This document shows, one piece after another, positions 37,907 to 46,685 of a stretch of 55,350 bases of DNA (positions are counted from its first letter, which is position 1; each line of letters opens with the position of its first letter). The position numbers and the translations under genes were made by a program. The notes under the pieces were generated by a model that ran no database searches, was not told the DNA's origin, and saw nothing but the letters and a program-made list of their open reading frames with translations. The DNA comes from an uncultured Anaerolineales bacterium (lineage in GTDB: Bacteria > Chloroflexota > Anaerolineae > B4-G1 > SLSP01): positions 1-55,350 of the forward strand of contig CAYMAQ010000003.1 in assembly GCA_964388385.1 (NCBI GenBank), written 5' to 3'.

Positions 37907-39868
37907 ATGCACGAACTCTACAAGCCGCGGTTCCGACCGCTGCCGTTAGGGAGCGTCCATCCCACGGGTTGGCTTAAAAATCAGCTGCGCATCCAGGCCG
38001 AGGGGATAAGTGGGCATTTGGATGAGTTCTGGCCCGATGTCCGGGACAGCCAATGGTTCGAGGGAGATGCCGAAGCCTGGGAGCGCGCGCCTTACTGGCT
38101 CGATGGAATCATCCCGCTGGCTTACACCCTTGACGATCCGGCCCTCAAAGAGAAGGTCAGACGATACATGGACCTCATCATCGAGCACCAACAAGATGAC
38201 GGTTGGCTGGGCCCGCGGACGATGATTGCGGCGTCGGGACAATCCGCGCAGCCCCGTTATGACCTCTGGGGACAGATACTCGCCACCAAGGTGCTGATGC
38301 AGTATACAGAAGCTACGGGGGACGAGCGGGGGACGACCGCGCTGGCGCGCCTGCTTCGTGGCATCGATCGAACGCTGGATCGAACACCGCTCTTCAACTG
38401 GGGGCAGTTCCGCTGGTTCGAAGCCCTGCTGGCAATCTTTTGGCTGTACGAAAAGCAGGGAGGCATTTGGCTGCTTGATCTGGCGGCAAAGCTCCACGCC
38501 CAGGGCTTTGACTGGGGAGCTTTCTTCTCATCGCCCGCCGGGTGGCCCGCGGCTGCCCCTACTCCGAAGGGACGCTGGAACTATATGAGCCACGTCGTCA
38601 ACAATGCGATGGCGCCGAAGGCGCACGCGCTTTGGTGGCGCCTCAGCGGAGACGAACAGGATCGAGCAGCGGTCTATGAGATACTCAAAAAGCTCCATTC
38701 TCACCATGGGATGGTCACTGGCGTGGTCACTGGGGACGAATGCCTGGTTGGCAAGAACCCCATCCATGGAACCGAGCTTTGTTCGGTCGTGGAACTGGCT
38801 TACTCGCTTGAGGTTCTCGTCTCGATCTTGGGTGATCCGATCTTCGCCGATCAATTGGAGAGGGTGATTTTCAACGCGCTGCCGGCGACCTTCTCACCGG
38901 ATATGTGGTCTCACCAGTACGACCAACAGGTCAATCAGGTGGAATGCAGCATTCGCGATGACCGCATCTGGAGCACCAACGGTCCCGAGTCCAACATCTT
39001 CGGCGTAGAGCCAAACTACGGCTGCTGTACGGCCAATCTGAGCCAGGGATGGCCTAAGTTCGCCGCCCATCTCTGGATGGTTATGGAGGGCGTGGGGAGG
39101 GAGAACGAAGGTCTGGCAGCCACGGCCTACGCACCTTCGACTGCCGAGACGATGATTCAGGGGGTTCCCGTAAGCGCAGAGATCGACACCGAGTACCCAT
39201 TCCGCGACGAAATACGTGTCCACGTCGACACCAAAACCCCGGTACGTTTCCCACTTCTACTGCGGGTTCCGGAATGGAGCAAAGATCCTATAATCCGACG
39301 AGCGGATGGCTCGGAAACCCCGTTGAATCCGGGTTCGTTCCATCGGATCGAACGCACGTGGAAGGGAAAATCGGAACTCATTCTCCGCTTCCCAATGCCG
39401 ACCTACTATTGGCGCGGATTCAGAAACGCAACCGCGGTGCATCGGGGACCGTTGGTATACGCACTCAAAGTCGGGGAGCGATGGGAGCGAGTTCACGAAG
39501 ACGAGCCCTACCGCGAGTTACCTCACGGCGACTGGGAGGTCTACCCGACCACACCTTGGAACTACGCTTTGGTACCGGATGAGACCACCGCAAAGCTTGA
39601 CCTGATATTCGAGACCCATCCAATGGGTGACTGTCCCTTCTCTCCTGAGGGCGCACCGGTCACAGCGCGGGTTAAAGCACGCCGGTTGCCCGATTGGCAA
39701 ATCGAGCACGGATCGACCGACGAGACCCCAATGAGCCCGGTCTCCTCGGAAGAGCCGGCGGAGACAGTAACCCTCATCCCTTACGGCTGCACGAACTTGC
39801 GCATTACCGAGTTCCCAACCACGGATATCGTCATCAAGGACAGGAAAGGAGCGCCTGATGGATCGTGA
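37907..39868 (+). CDS. Glycoside hydrolase family 127-like (beta-L-arabinofuranosidase/DUF1680)
   Basis: 653 aa. The N-terminal GWLKNQL pattern and EPNYGCCTANLSQGWPKF cysteine motif are typical of GH127. Confidence 0.7.
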   Translation: MHELYKPRFRPLPLGSVHPTGWLKNQLRIQAEGISGHLDEFWPDVRDSQWFEGDAEAWERAPYWLDGIIPLAYTLDDPALKEKVRRYMDLIIEHQQDDGWLGPRTMIAASGQSAQPRYDLWGQILATKVLMQYTEATGDERGTTALARLLRGIDRTLDRTPLFNWGQFRWFEALLAIFWLYEKQGGIWLLDLAAKLHAQGFDWGAFFSSPAGWPAAAPTPKGRWNYMSHVVNNAMAPKAHALWWRLSGDEQDRAAVYEILKKLHSHHGMVTGVVTGDECLVGKNPIHGTELCSVVELAYSLEVLVSILGDPIFADQLERVIFNALPATFSPDMWSHQYDQQVNQVECSIRDDRIWSTNGPESNIFGVEPNYGCCTANLSQGWPKFAAHLWMVMEGVGRENEGLAATAYAPSTAETMIQGVPVSAEIDTEYPFRDEIRVHVDTKTPVRFPLLLRVPEWSKDPIIRRADGSETPLNPGSFHRIERTWKGKSELILRFPMPTYYWRGFRNATAVHRGPLVYALKVGERWERVHEDEPYRELPHGDWEVYPTTPWNYALVPDETTAKLDLIFETHPMGDCPFSPEGAPVTARVKARRLPDWQIEHGSTDETPMSPVSSEEPAETVTLIPYGCTNLRITEFPTTDIVIKDRKGAPDGS

Positions 39869-41069
39869 AACCTGGCGAGAAACGGTGGGGATGTTGCCGG
39901 TCTTCGATACCCACACGCATCTGAATAAGCCCGGCGTTCCGATTCCAGCTCAGAGTTTCTGGGATATCGCTCACTATTTCTGGTTTCAACAGGAGCTGAG
40001 GTCGGTGGGGTATCCCTCCAACGCACCCGAGCTTCCCGAAGAGACCCGGATCGATGCCTTCGTAGAAGCCTTTAACGCCGTACGTAACACGGCGTGGCAT
40101 CTCATCGTGCGTCGCATCTGCAAAAACCTCTACGATGTGCCGCTGACCGATCAGAAGGGACGCGCTACGCCGGACCACGTTCGGGACGTCGATGCTGCCA
40201 TCCGGGCATCTTCGCAGCAGCCAGGATGGTCCAAGTCGGTGATCGACCGACTTGGGATCCGACGTATCACCGTGAACAACATTGCCGACAGCAAATTTCC
40301 CAGGTTACCCGGAGTCGGCGTCTCGGTACCCACTTGGGACGAGCTACAGACGTGGTCTGACAAACTTATGAAATCTACACGTCCGGAGTGGGTACTCAAG
40401 GAAGCGCAAGCAGCTATCGAGGCCACAATCTCTCGCCTCAAGGATCAGGGAATCCGAGGCATGCGGGTGGATGCTGACATCTTCGAAGCCCAGGGGAAAG
40501 CAGCCGTCAATCTGCACAATCCGCCGCACACTACGCCGCTTGAGCAGTGGCAGGCAGAGGCACTCCTCATCCACCGCCTCCTCGATCTCCTTGGTGATTA
40601 CGGTATGTTTGCGCAGTTCTTCCTTGGCATTGAGCGGGACGTCACCCCCCATACCGCGATGGCGGTCAACGATCCAAGGCGAATCATCAATCTCTATCCT
40701 CTTTTCGAAGTCCATCCTTGCGACTTCGAGTTGGTGGTAGGTGCACCGCAGAACAATATGGACACCGCCCAGGCCGCCCGGATTTATCCGAACGTCTATG
40801 CCGGCGGGCTCTGGTGGTACAATTTCCGTAACAGCACATACCGACAGACGATGCAAGTACGTTTGGAAGCGGTGCCGGCAGGCAAAAGCGCCCTGGTCGC
40901 GTCGGACGCTCGGTGCATCGAATGGTGCTATGGGAAAATTCTCCTGGTCAAGCGGTTACTGGCAGACTTCCTCTATGATCAGATGGACCGAGGATGGATT
41001 AATGAGACGGATGCGCTGTGGGTTGCGCGCGAATGGCTCCACGATGCGGCGGCTCGCCGGTATATCTGA
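39858..41069 (+). CDS. Amidohydrolase-fold protein (uronate-isomerase-like)
   Basis: FDTHTHL metal-binding start of a TIM-barrel amidohydrolase. 11-nt overlap with the GH127 gene. The precise family is uncertain. Confidence 0.5.
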   Translation: MDRETWRETVGMLPVFDTHTHLNKPGVPIPAQSFWDIAHYFWFQQELRSVGYPSNAPELPEETRIDAFVEAFNAVRNTAWHLIVRRICKNLYDVPLTDQKGRATPDHVRDVDAAIRASSQQPGWSKSVIDRLGIRRITVNNIADSKFPRLPGVGVSVPTWDELQTWSDKLMKSTRPEWVLKEAQAAIEATISRLKDQGIRGMRVDADIFEAQGKAAVNLHNPPHTTPLEQWQAEALLIHRLLDLLGDYGMFAQFFLGIERDVTPHTAMAVNDPRRIINLYPLFEVHPCDFELVVGAPQNNMDTAQAARIYPNVYAGGLWWYNFRNSTYRQTMQVRLEAVPAGKSALVASDARCIEWCYGKILLVKRLLADFLYDQMDRGWINETDALWVAREWLHDAAARRYI

Positions 41070-41081
41070 ATCCTGCAGCTT

Positions 41082-41165
41082 GAGATCCAGACATAAAACA
41101 CCGAGCTTTTCACAATGGTCGCAGAAACGCGGAAAAGCCTGAACGAGCGATGATCCAATCCACAC
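41082..41165. repeat. Intergenic repeat family, copy E (hairpin 41105-41111 / 41132-41138)
   Basis: GAGATCCAGACATAAAACAC (18 of 20 identical to copy A), then GCTTTTC[loop]GAAAAGC, then GATGATCCAATCCACAC. Confidence 0.8.
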
Positions 41166-41216
41166 CCGGGTGCGGTGCATACCGGCGATACGCCCGGTAT
41201 CATGGGCAGATCAATG

Positions 41217-42278
41217 TCAGTGCGGATGCTGTGTCTCTGACTCACCGGTGACCACGGCCCGAAAAAGATGGCACTCCCACAGCCTTTGTGCGGCATCCAG
41301 GTCGATGACCTCCCAGGGCATGCAGAGGACCTTAAACGTCTCGGGATCGTAGGCAGCGTGACGGGCAATCCATCGTCCAGGGGGTGGGCCTGCCAGTGTC
41401 CAGAGCGGTTCCAGATTCATCTCCACCTTCTGAAACAACGCCGGATGCGCTAACAGGGTCCTCAACAGCCCGAAGAGTCCAGGCGGGCCCTCCGGCAGCG
41501 GCGGATCGACGAGGGGAACCAGTGTGTCAATAGGAACCGGCTTGTCCGTATATGCAAACAATCCACGCGCTAAGGTTACGACCTGGGTTTCACTCAGCGA
41601 AGGCGAGAGCGCCCGCAGATACCACAAAGCGTGAAGATGCAGAAACCGATCATCCGCCAACAAAGCGGAGAGCACCTGCTCGGCGAGTGTGTCGCCATAA
41701 CGCCACAGCACATAGTCGACCTGTTGTTCCTCCTCATCACTTTTGAAAAGAGCATCGAGGTCGCCCGTTGAGACCTGTCTGCCAACGGCATCGGTCGGTT
41801 CACCCTTACGATACGTGCGCAGTTCCGAAAGCCCATCGATCGATACGGTGAACACCTCGCCCTCGACGCGGGTGATGACCCCGATCTGTGGGACGTACGT
41901 TCGCCCGAGGGCCGGACTGGGTATAGCAAAAATGGCGCGATCTCCGGCTCCCCACGTCTCGGCCGGATCCCAGAATCGGACGGATGGCGTATCCCTTCGG
42001 ACGCGGACTGAGGCGTCACCCGTCAGTTGCGGACCTGATCGAAGTCGAGAGCGAATGAGCTCCCGAACCAGGGCTGTGAGCGTACATGCCTCTTTTTCTG
42101 AACGGATGAACACGGCAAGGCGCGAAAGGTCCGGTCGGGTCACACTGAAGAATTGAGTCCAATAGCGGTGATAGAAGAGCGTATTGTGCCGAAAACGACC
42201 TAACGCCATCTTCCGGGAAGGCCTGCTGTCCCGCTCTTCCGGCCTAAGAGCATCGAGCCCAGGACTGAAAGGCCACAT
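41217..42278 (-). CDS. Partner protein S1 of the methyltransferase-like module (unknown family)
   Basis: 353 aa counted from the ATG at 42278, which is 10 nt after the P1 stop and preceded by GAGGAG. The ORF-track TTG start at 42317 would overlap P1 by 29 nt. Paralog of 45726..46685: shared TLTAL.R..IR.RLR.G, VRFWDP..W..GD.A.F, W(Y/F)LR(A/S)L, Q(V/L)VTLAR, YDP.T..V(L/I)C. Confidence 0.7.
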   Translation of the reverse strand: MWPFSPGLDALRPEERDSRPSRKMALGRFRHNTLFYHRYWTQFFSVTRPDLSRLAVFIRSEKEACTLTALVRELIRSRLRSGPQLTGDASVRVRRDTPSVRFWDPAETWGAGDRAIFAIPSPALGRTYVPQIGVITRVEGEVFTVSIDGLSELRTYRKGEPTDAVGRQVSTGDLDALFKSDEEEQQVDYVLWRYGDTLAEQVLSALLADDRFLHLHALWYLRALSPSLSETQVVTLARGLFAYTDKPVPIDTLVPLVDPPLPEGPPGLFGLLRTLLAHPALFQKVEMNLEPLWTLAGPPPGRWIARHAAYDPETFKVLCMPWEVIDLDAAQRLWECHLFRAVVTGESETQHPH

Positions 42279-42288
42279 ATCTCCTCGC

Positions 42289-45200
42289 CTAGACACTATC
42301 AACCGGGAGAGATCCAACGCCCCGCTCCGCCACCATTGACCTATGGGTGAGAACGCAAGACGTTTTACCGCCCCGTTTTGCCGTCAGTTTTCGCGCCATC
42401 TTCACATAAACCGCATAGGGATCGCGAAAGGGCTGATCTTCCGAACCTGGCACGAATCGAGCGGCCCTGCTTAGTTCTCGTTCAGAGATCTTGGGCACCT
42501 GACCGATCACGGCATCGAATCCCGGATCATCGGCCCAGGTTCGATGCTCGAGGTCGATAAAAGCATCGATAAACATCAACGACCAATGAAAACAAGCCCC
42601 GGAAGCCTGAGAGCGCGCCAACAGCGCTTGCATTTCATCATCGAGAACGGCCTCGCCTTGGAGAACCTGCAGCAAAGAGCCCCACCACCGATCGAGCAAG
42701 TTCTTGGCTTCACCGTCACCTAAGACAGCTTGAACGTGCACGTCCAAATACTGTCGATAGGGACGTAAAATCTGCTCGGCGCGCTCAAATTGCTTCATAC
42801 TCCAGCGGACGTCCAAAGCCGAGGTATTGACCCGATCGACAACGGAATACATCGTACTCGCACCCTCGAATAACCGTGCCATCTCCAGAGGCGCTTGCTC
42901 CAGGGCGCGAAGTGAATCCAGGTCCGTACCGATCAAACTGTTTCCCATTCGAAGCCGGTGATTGAAAAAGACAAAAGGCGCACCCTTCACAAAGGTCCTT
43001 AGCCAAAGGCCGACCTGCGTCAGGTCGATCGCGACCGGGTCGCGGTCCACTCCGTAGATGCAGTGCTGGGCGATAAGCCGCCGCATAACAGCCACATCAC
43101 TAAGGAAGTATGCCTCGATGTCGATACCTTGTCGACCAAGTTCACCCGCCACGTCATGCCGAACCCGCTCGAATAGACGATGCAGCGGGTTCCAACGCCA
43201 CGGCACGTCGGGATGTTCATCGTGATAGGCTTGCATCTGCTGGATGACGCCATCGGTAATCACATCCAACGCACTGAGTAAAAACGTCCCGGTTCCCATC
43301 GCGGGGTCCAAGACCCGCAGCCCAAGCAGCGCATCACAGGCCGCACGGGAAACCGTTTCGAGTGACGCCTGCACCTCAGCGCGATCCCTTGCATCAAGCG
43401 TCCGCTGCAGCCTGCGGCGCAAGGTGACCACCCGATCCATCGCCCTGGCAAACTGCGCACCGCGATGCTCGAGTAAGGGCTTAAGAACCTGAGCGGCGAC
43501 ATCCGTAGCCACATAGTCCGGGATGCCCACTCGCCCGTGACCGCTGGCATCAGAGGCTGAATCGATGAACATAACCTCACCGCTGGCAGCGTCGATCACC
43601 CGGAGATCGATATCCAGCAGAGGCGCGAGAACAGCGCTCAGTTCGTATGCACTGAAACTCGCGTAATCGACATCGCGCTGAAGCGTATCCAATACCTCTG
43701 CTAGCACAGCGTCGCTCAGGCGATGTTCGGCGATAAACGCATGCTCGGAATAAGCCTCGGGATCAAAGAAGACGGGGCCGTACTGCGGAAGATTTTTCAA
43801 CGCGTCCCCGGCGTTCACACGATGCAGCATTGAGAGCAGAATGTCATAGTGCGGCGTCGTATAGAGTCCGACGCTTGGCGGGATACCTCCCTCAACGCAG
43901 ACATCCACCCAAGACAGCAAAGACTTGAGACTGTGCGGTCGGTATTCCGGGTCATCAACAGGCAGAAGGAACCTGGCTTCGGCCACAAAGAGGAATAGAA
44001 TCCGGGCCAAAAGGGACAAACTGGCGCGCTTAATGAACTGCAGGCTTTCCGCATCCTCGTCGGAGATATCAAGTCGCCGATTGCGATAGGCCACAAATCC
44101 GCCGGCGATTGCCGGAAAGACCTTTTGGGCAATACACGTGCGCAGGTAGACCCGACTCTCCTGTTTTCGCGCGGGTGAGGACTCATAGAGGCGATCGAGA
44201 AAACTCCCACCCTCCCCGTCAACGACAAAAGCATCGCGCCTAAAGAGCATCCACCATTGACGAAGTAACACCCACTGAGAAGGGGTCAGGGAGTCGCACT
44301 CGCTCAACCGCTCAAACAGAGGACCGAGGTCCACTTCATGAAATTCCGTAACGATACTGTTCGCTCGGCGGGTGAACAGCCGCCACTTTCTTCCATTGGT
44401 CAGGATCCCCCACGACACATGATGGCGCATTAACGCGCGAACGATCTGATAGCTGGGCGTTGACATTTCATCCTTCAGACTATCCGGATGCCGCCACCAG
44501 CGGGACTCGGGGGACGAGTGTGCATCCAGTGAGCCTGACCAAGCTGCGGTCTGAACTAGAGCAAGGCCCCAGCCGGAAACGGAGCACGGACCGCCTCGCT
44601 GCGTATAGAGAGCCGCACAAGCGGCTTGATCTCGACAGAGTATGTGCTGCTTCGGCTGAGCCGTACGCGATCGCCGGGCTGGCACCTGGGAATCCAGAAC
44701 CGATAACGGGACCGAAGACCACCCTAATGCCGTCAACAAGGGCTGAACCAGCGCGGTTTCGGTCCTCTGGTCATCCCATTCATGCCCCTGGCTTCGCGCT
44801 CGAGACCACAGGGCGCGAATAGCCTTATAAATGATATTGAGATCCGCATCCCAATCCGGGTCGCGTTTCAGCTTACGTTGCAGATATTGATTGGGAAAAA
44901 GAGCACCGGGCTGGAGCAAAACACCCTCGCGGGACGTCTGGTCCTCAGAGAGCTTGGTAAGCCGGTGAATGGGAATCTGCCCCTGATCGAACAGGGAATC
45001 CAACAATATCGCCAGCGCAGCATCCAGTACGTCTGGACTCATCGGGGGGAAGAATTCGCGCAAACATCCGTACTCCCCCCCCTGATGGTAAAGCATAATA
45101 AACCGGGGGTCGGCAGCTAGGGACTGACGGACTCGCGGAAGAAAGGATGCTTCTTGAACTTCGAAGAGTGTATCGACAACCTGCTCACTGACCATCGCAG

Positions 45201-45534
45201 GAGAAAGGGTAGTAGGGGCGCGATCGATTTCAGCAGCGACACGGACATTTTCGCCTCCTTTCAACCTGAGAGTTAGGATTTTGAAGTTTCCCTGGACGAC
45301 ATTTTGGGCGTTTTGAGCGTTTACGACATCGCCCACGAGGCCGTTGAATCGCAAGCGCGTACCAGGAGGATATTGCCCGCCGGGTGCGAAGACAGGCGTC
45401 CCATTGTCAGTTGTCAAATAAGATCGTATCGCTTCGCGGGCCAGGTTCGCCAATGACACCGGGGCTTCCTGTTCGCGAATCAAATCAGCAAGTCGATCGA
45501 GATTGATATCTTGAATGGGAATCCGTTGAGACAC
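42289..45534 (-). CDS. P1: Eco57I/PglX-like (COG1002-type) gamma-class N6-adenine DNA methyltransferase homolog; catalytic tetrapeptide degenerate, no C-terminal TRD
   Basis: 1081 aa, GTG start after GGAGG. Ordered motifs: ALVQPLLTALGW; WGILTNGRKWRLF (44374-44412); LFLFVAEARFLLP; SAM motif I VLDPAMGTGTFL (43279-43314); IYGVDRDPVAIDL (43021-43059); RMGNSLIG; FHWSLMF...GFDAVIGQVPK (42490-42519). Confidence 0.8.
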   Translation of the reverse strand: MSQRIPIQDINLDRLADLIREQEAPVSLANLAREAIRSYLTTDNGTPVFAPGGQYPPGTRLRFNGLVGDVVNAQNAQNVVQGNFKILTLRLKGGENVRVAAEIDRAPTTLSPAMVSEQVVDTLFEVQEASFLPRVRQSLAADPRFIMLYHQGGEYGCLREFFPPMSPDVLDAALAILLDSLFDQGQIPIHRLTKLSEDQTSREGVLLQPGALFPNQYLQRKLKRDPDWDADLNIIYKAIRALWSRARSQGHEWDDQRTETALVQPLLTALGWSSVPLSVLDSQVPARRSRTAQPKQHILCRDQAACAALYTQRGGPCSVSGWGLALVQTAAWSGSLDAHSSPESRWWRHPDSLKDEMSTPSYQIVRALMRHHVSWGILTNGRKWRLFTRRANSIVTEFHEVDLGPLFERLSECDSLTPSQWVLLRQWWMLFRRDAFVVDGEGGSFLDRLYESSPARKQESRVYLRTCIAQKVFPAIAGGFVAYRNRRLDISDEDAESLQFIKRASLSLLARILFLFVAEARFLLPVDDPEYRPHSLKSLLSWVDVCVEGGIPPSVGLYTTPHYDILLSMLHRVNAGDALKNLPQYGPVFFDPEAYSEHAFIAEHRLSDAVLAEVLDTLQRDVDYASFSAYELSAVLAPLLDIDLRVIDAASGEVMFIDSASDASGHGRVGIPDYVATDVAAQVLKPLLEHRGAQFARAMDRVVTLRRRLQRTLDARDRAEVQASLETVSRAACDALLGLRVLDPAMGTGTFLLSALDVITDGVIQQMQAYHDEHPDVPWRWNPLHRLFERVRHDVAGELGRQGIDIEAYFLSDVAVMRRLIAQHCIYGVDRDPVAIDLTQVGLWLRTFVKGAPFVFFNHRLRMGNSLIGTDLDSLRALEQAPLEMARLFEGASTMYSVVDRVNTSALDVRWSMKQFERAEQILRPYRQYLDVHVQAVLGDGEAKNLLDRWWGSLLQVLQGEAVLDDEMQALLARSQASGACFHWSLMFIDAFIDLEHRTWADDPGFDAVIGQVPKISERELSRAARFVPGSEDQPFRDPYAVYVKMARKLTAKRGGKTSCVLTHRSMVAERGVGSLPVDSV

Positions 45535-45725
45535 CTATCCTCCAAAGATGGTAAAATAGATCGTAGACCGGAGGTCCATCATGCTGAGAGCGCACCCAGA
45601 AGTCCAAACAACTGGGCACTCTGCCCTTAGTATAGGGTGGAATGAATCAACGGGGATTAAATTCAGGTTACGGGGCGGTTACATTCAGCTAGAAGTAAAC
45701 GATCTCGAATCCCAAACAGAATCCA

Positions 45726-46685
45726 TCAAGGCGATCCATAGACTGCGGTCGCTAGCAGGCCCAACTGCCAGAGCAGCTCGACCTGGTTTGAGTTCAGATG
45801 ATCGCCGTTTTCGCAGATGACCTCATACGTCCGGGGATCGTAAACCGCGAACTTGGCCTCGTAATTCCCAGGGGGTGGGGATACGAGAACCCAACGAGTA
45901 TAGCGCCCGGCTTCAACGCGAGAGAATAGGCCGGGACGCTCTGACATAGCCAAGCCAAACCCAAACGATGTAGGCGGATCGTCAGCCTCGGTTAACGGCA
46001 TCAGACTGAGAAGTTCAGATAGCCGCACGCCGTCCGATGACTCGATTAGCAGCGTGCGCGCCAGAGTCACAAGCTGTGCTTCGTTGGGATACTTGACCAG
46101 CGATCGCAGAAACCAACGCCCTTCCCACTCAACAAATCGCCCATCCGAGCGCAGGGCAGCCAGAAGCCCTCCTATAATGTGAGGACCGTGCTGGAAAAGC
46201 ATATGATCGATCCGGGCTCGTTCGCTTCGAGATTGTCCGAGGCGGGCAATATAACGGTCTAAGGAGGCGCGCCATCTCGTGATCTCCGCATTGTCATGAC
46301 GGGCGGGCATTCCCCACATACGGGGCATCTCCTCCCCATCAATCTGAGCGATTAACGCCGTATCCATAACCCTTGCAACTTGACCGGCACGCGGCTCCTG
46401 TCTCAGTACACCGTGCCGCGTGTAGGTAACCGGAAAGACGGCCCAATCCCCGGGATGCCAGGCCTTCAAAGGGTCCCAGAACCGAACCACTCCCTCATCA
46501 GGAATCGGAATGAGATGACCCGACTCTTGCCCATATCGCAGACGGCCCCGAATCCAACGCCTTGCCAGGGCAGTGAGTGTGAATGCCTCACCTGCCTTGC
46601 GCATACGTCGAACGAAACGTTCGAGATCCACCTCAAAGACTCGAAATATCGTCCGATTCCGGGGAGACCTCAACGGAATGTTCAT
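45726..46685 (-). CDS. Partner protein S2 of the methyltransferase-like module (unknown family)
   Basis: 319 aa. Its ATG overlaps the P2 stop as ATGA (46682-46685). Paralog of S1. Confidence 0.75.
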   Translation of the reverse strand: MNIPLRSPRNRTIFRVFEVDLERFVRRMRKAGEAFTLTALARRWIRGRLRYGQESGHLIPIPDEGVVRFWDPLKAWHPGDWAVFPVTYTRHGVLRQEPRAGQVARVMDTALIAQIDGEEMPRMWGMPARHDNAEITRWRASLDRYIARLGQSRSERARIDHMLFQHGPHIIGGLLAALRSDGRFVEWEGRWFLRSLVKYPNEAQLVTLARTLLIESSDGVRLSELLSLMPLTEADDPPTSFGFGLAMSERPGLFSRVEAGRYTRWVLVSPPPGNYEAKFAVYDPRTYEVICENGDHLNSNQVELLWQLGLLATAVYGSP

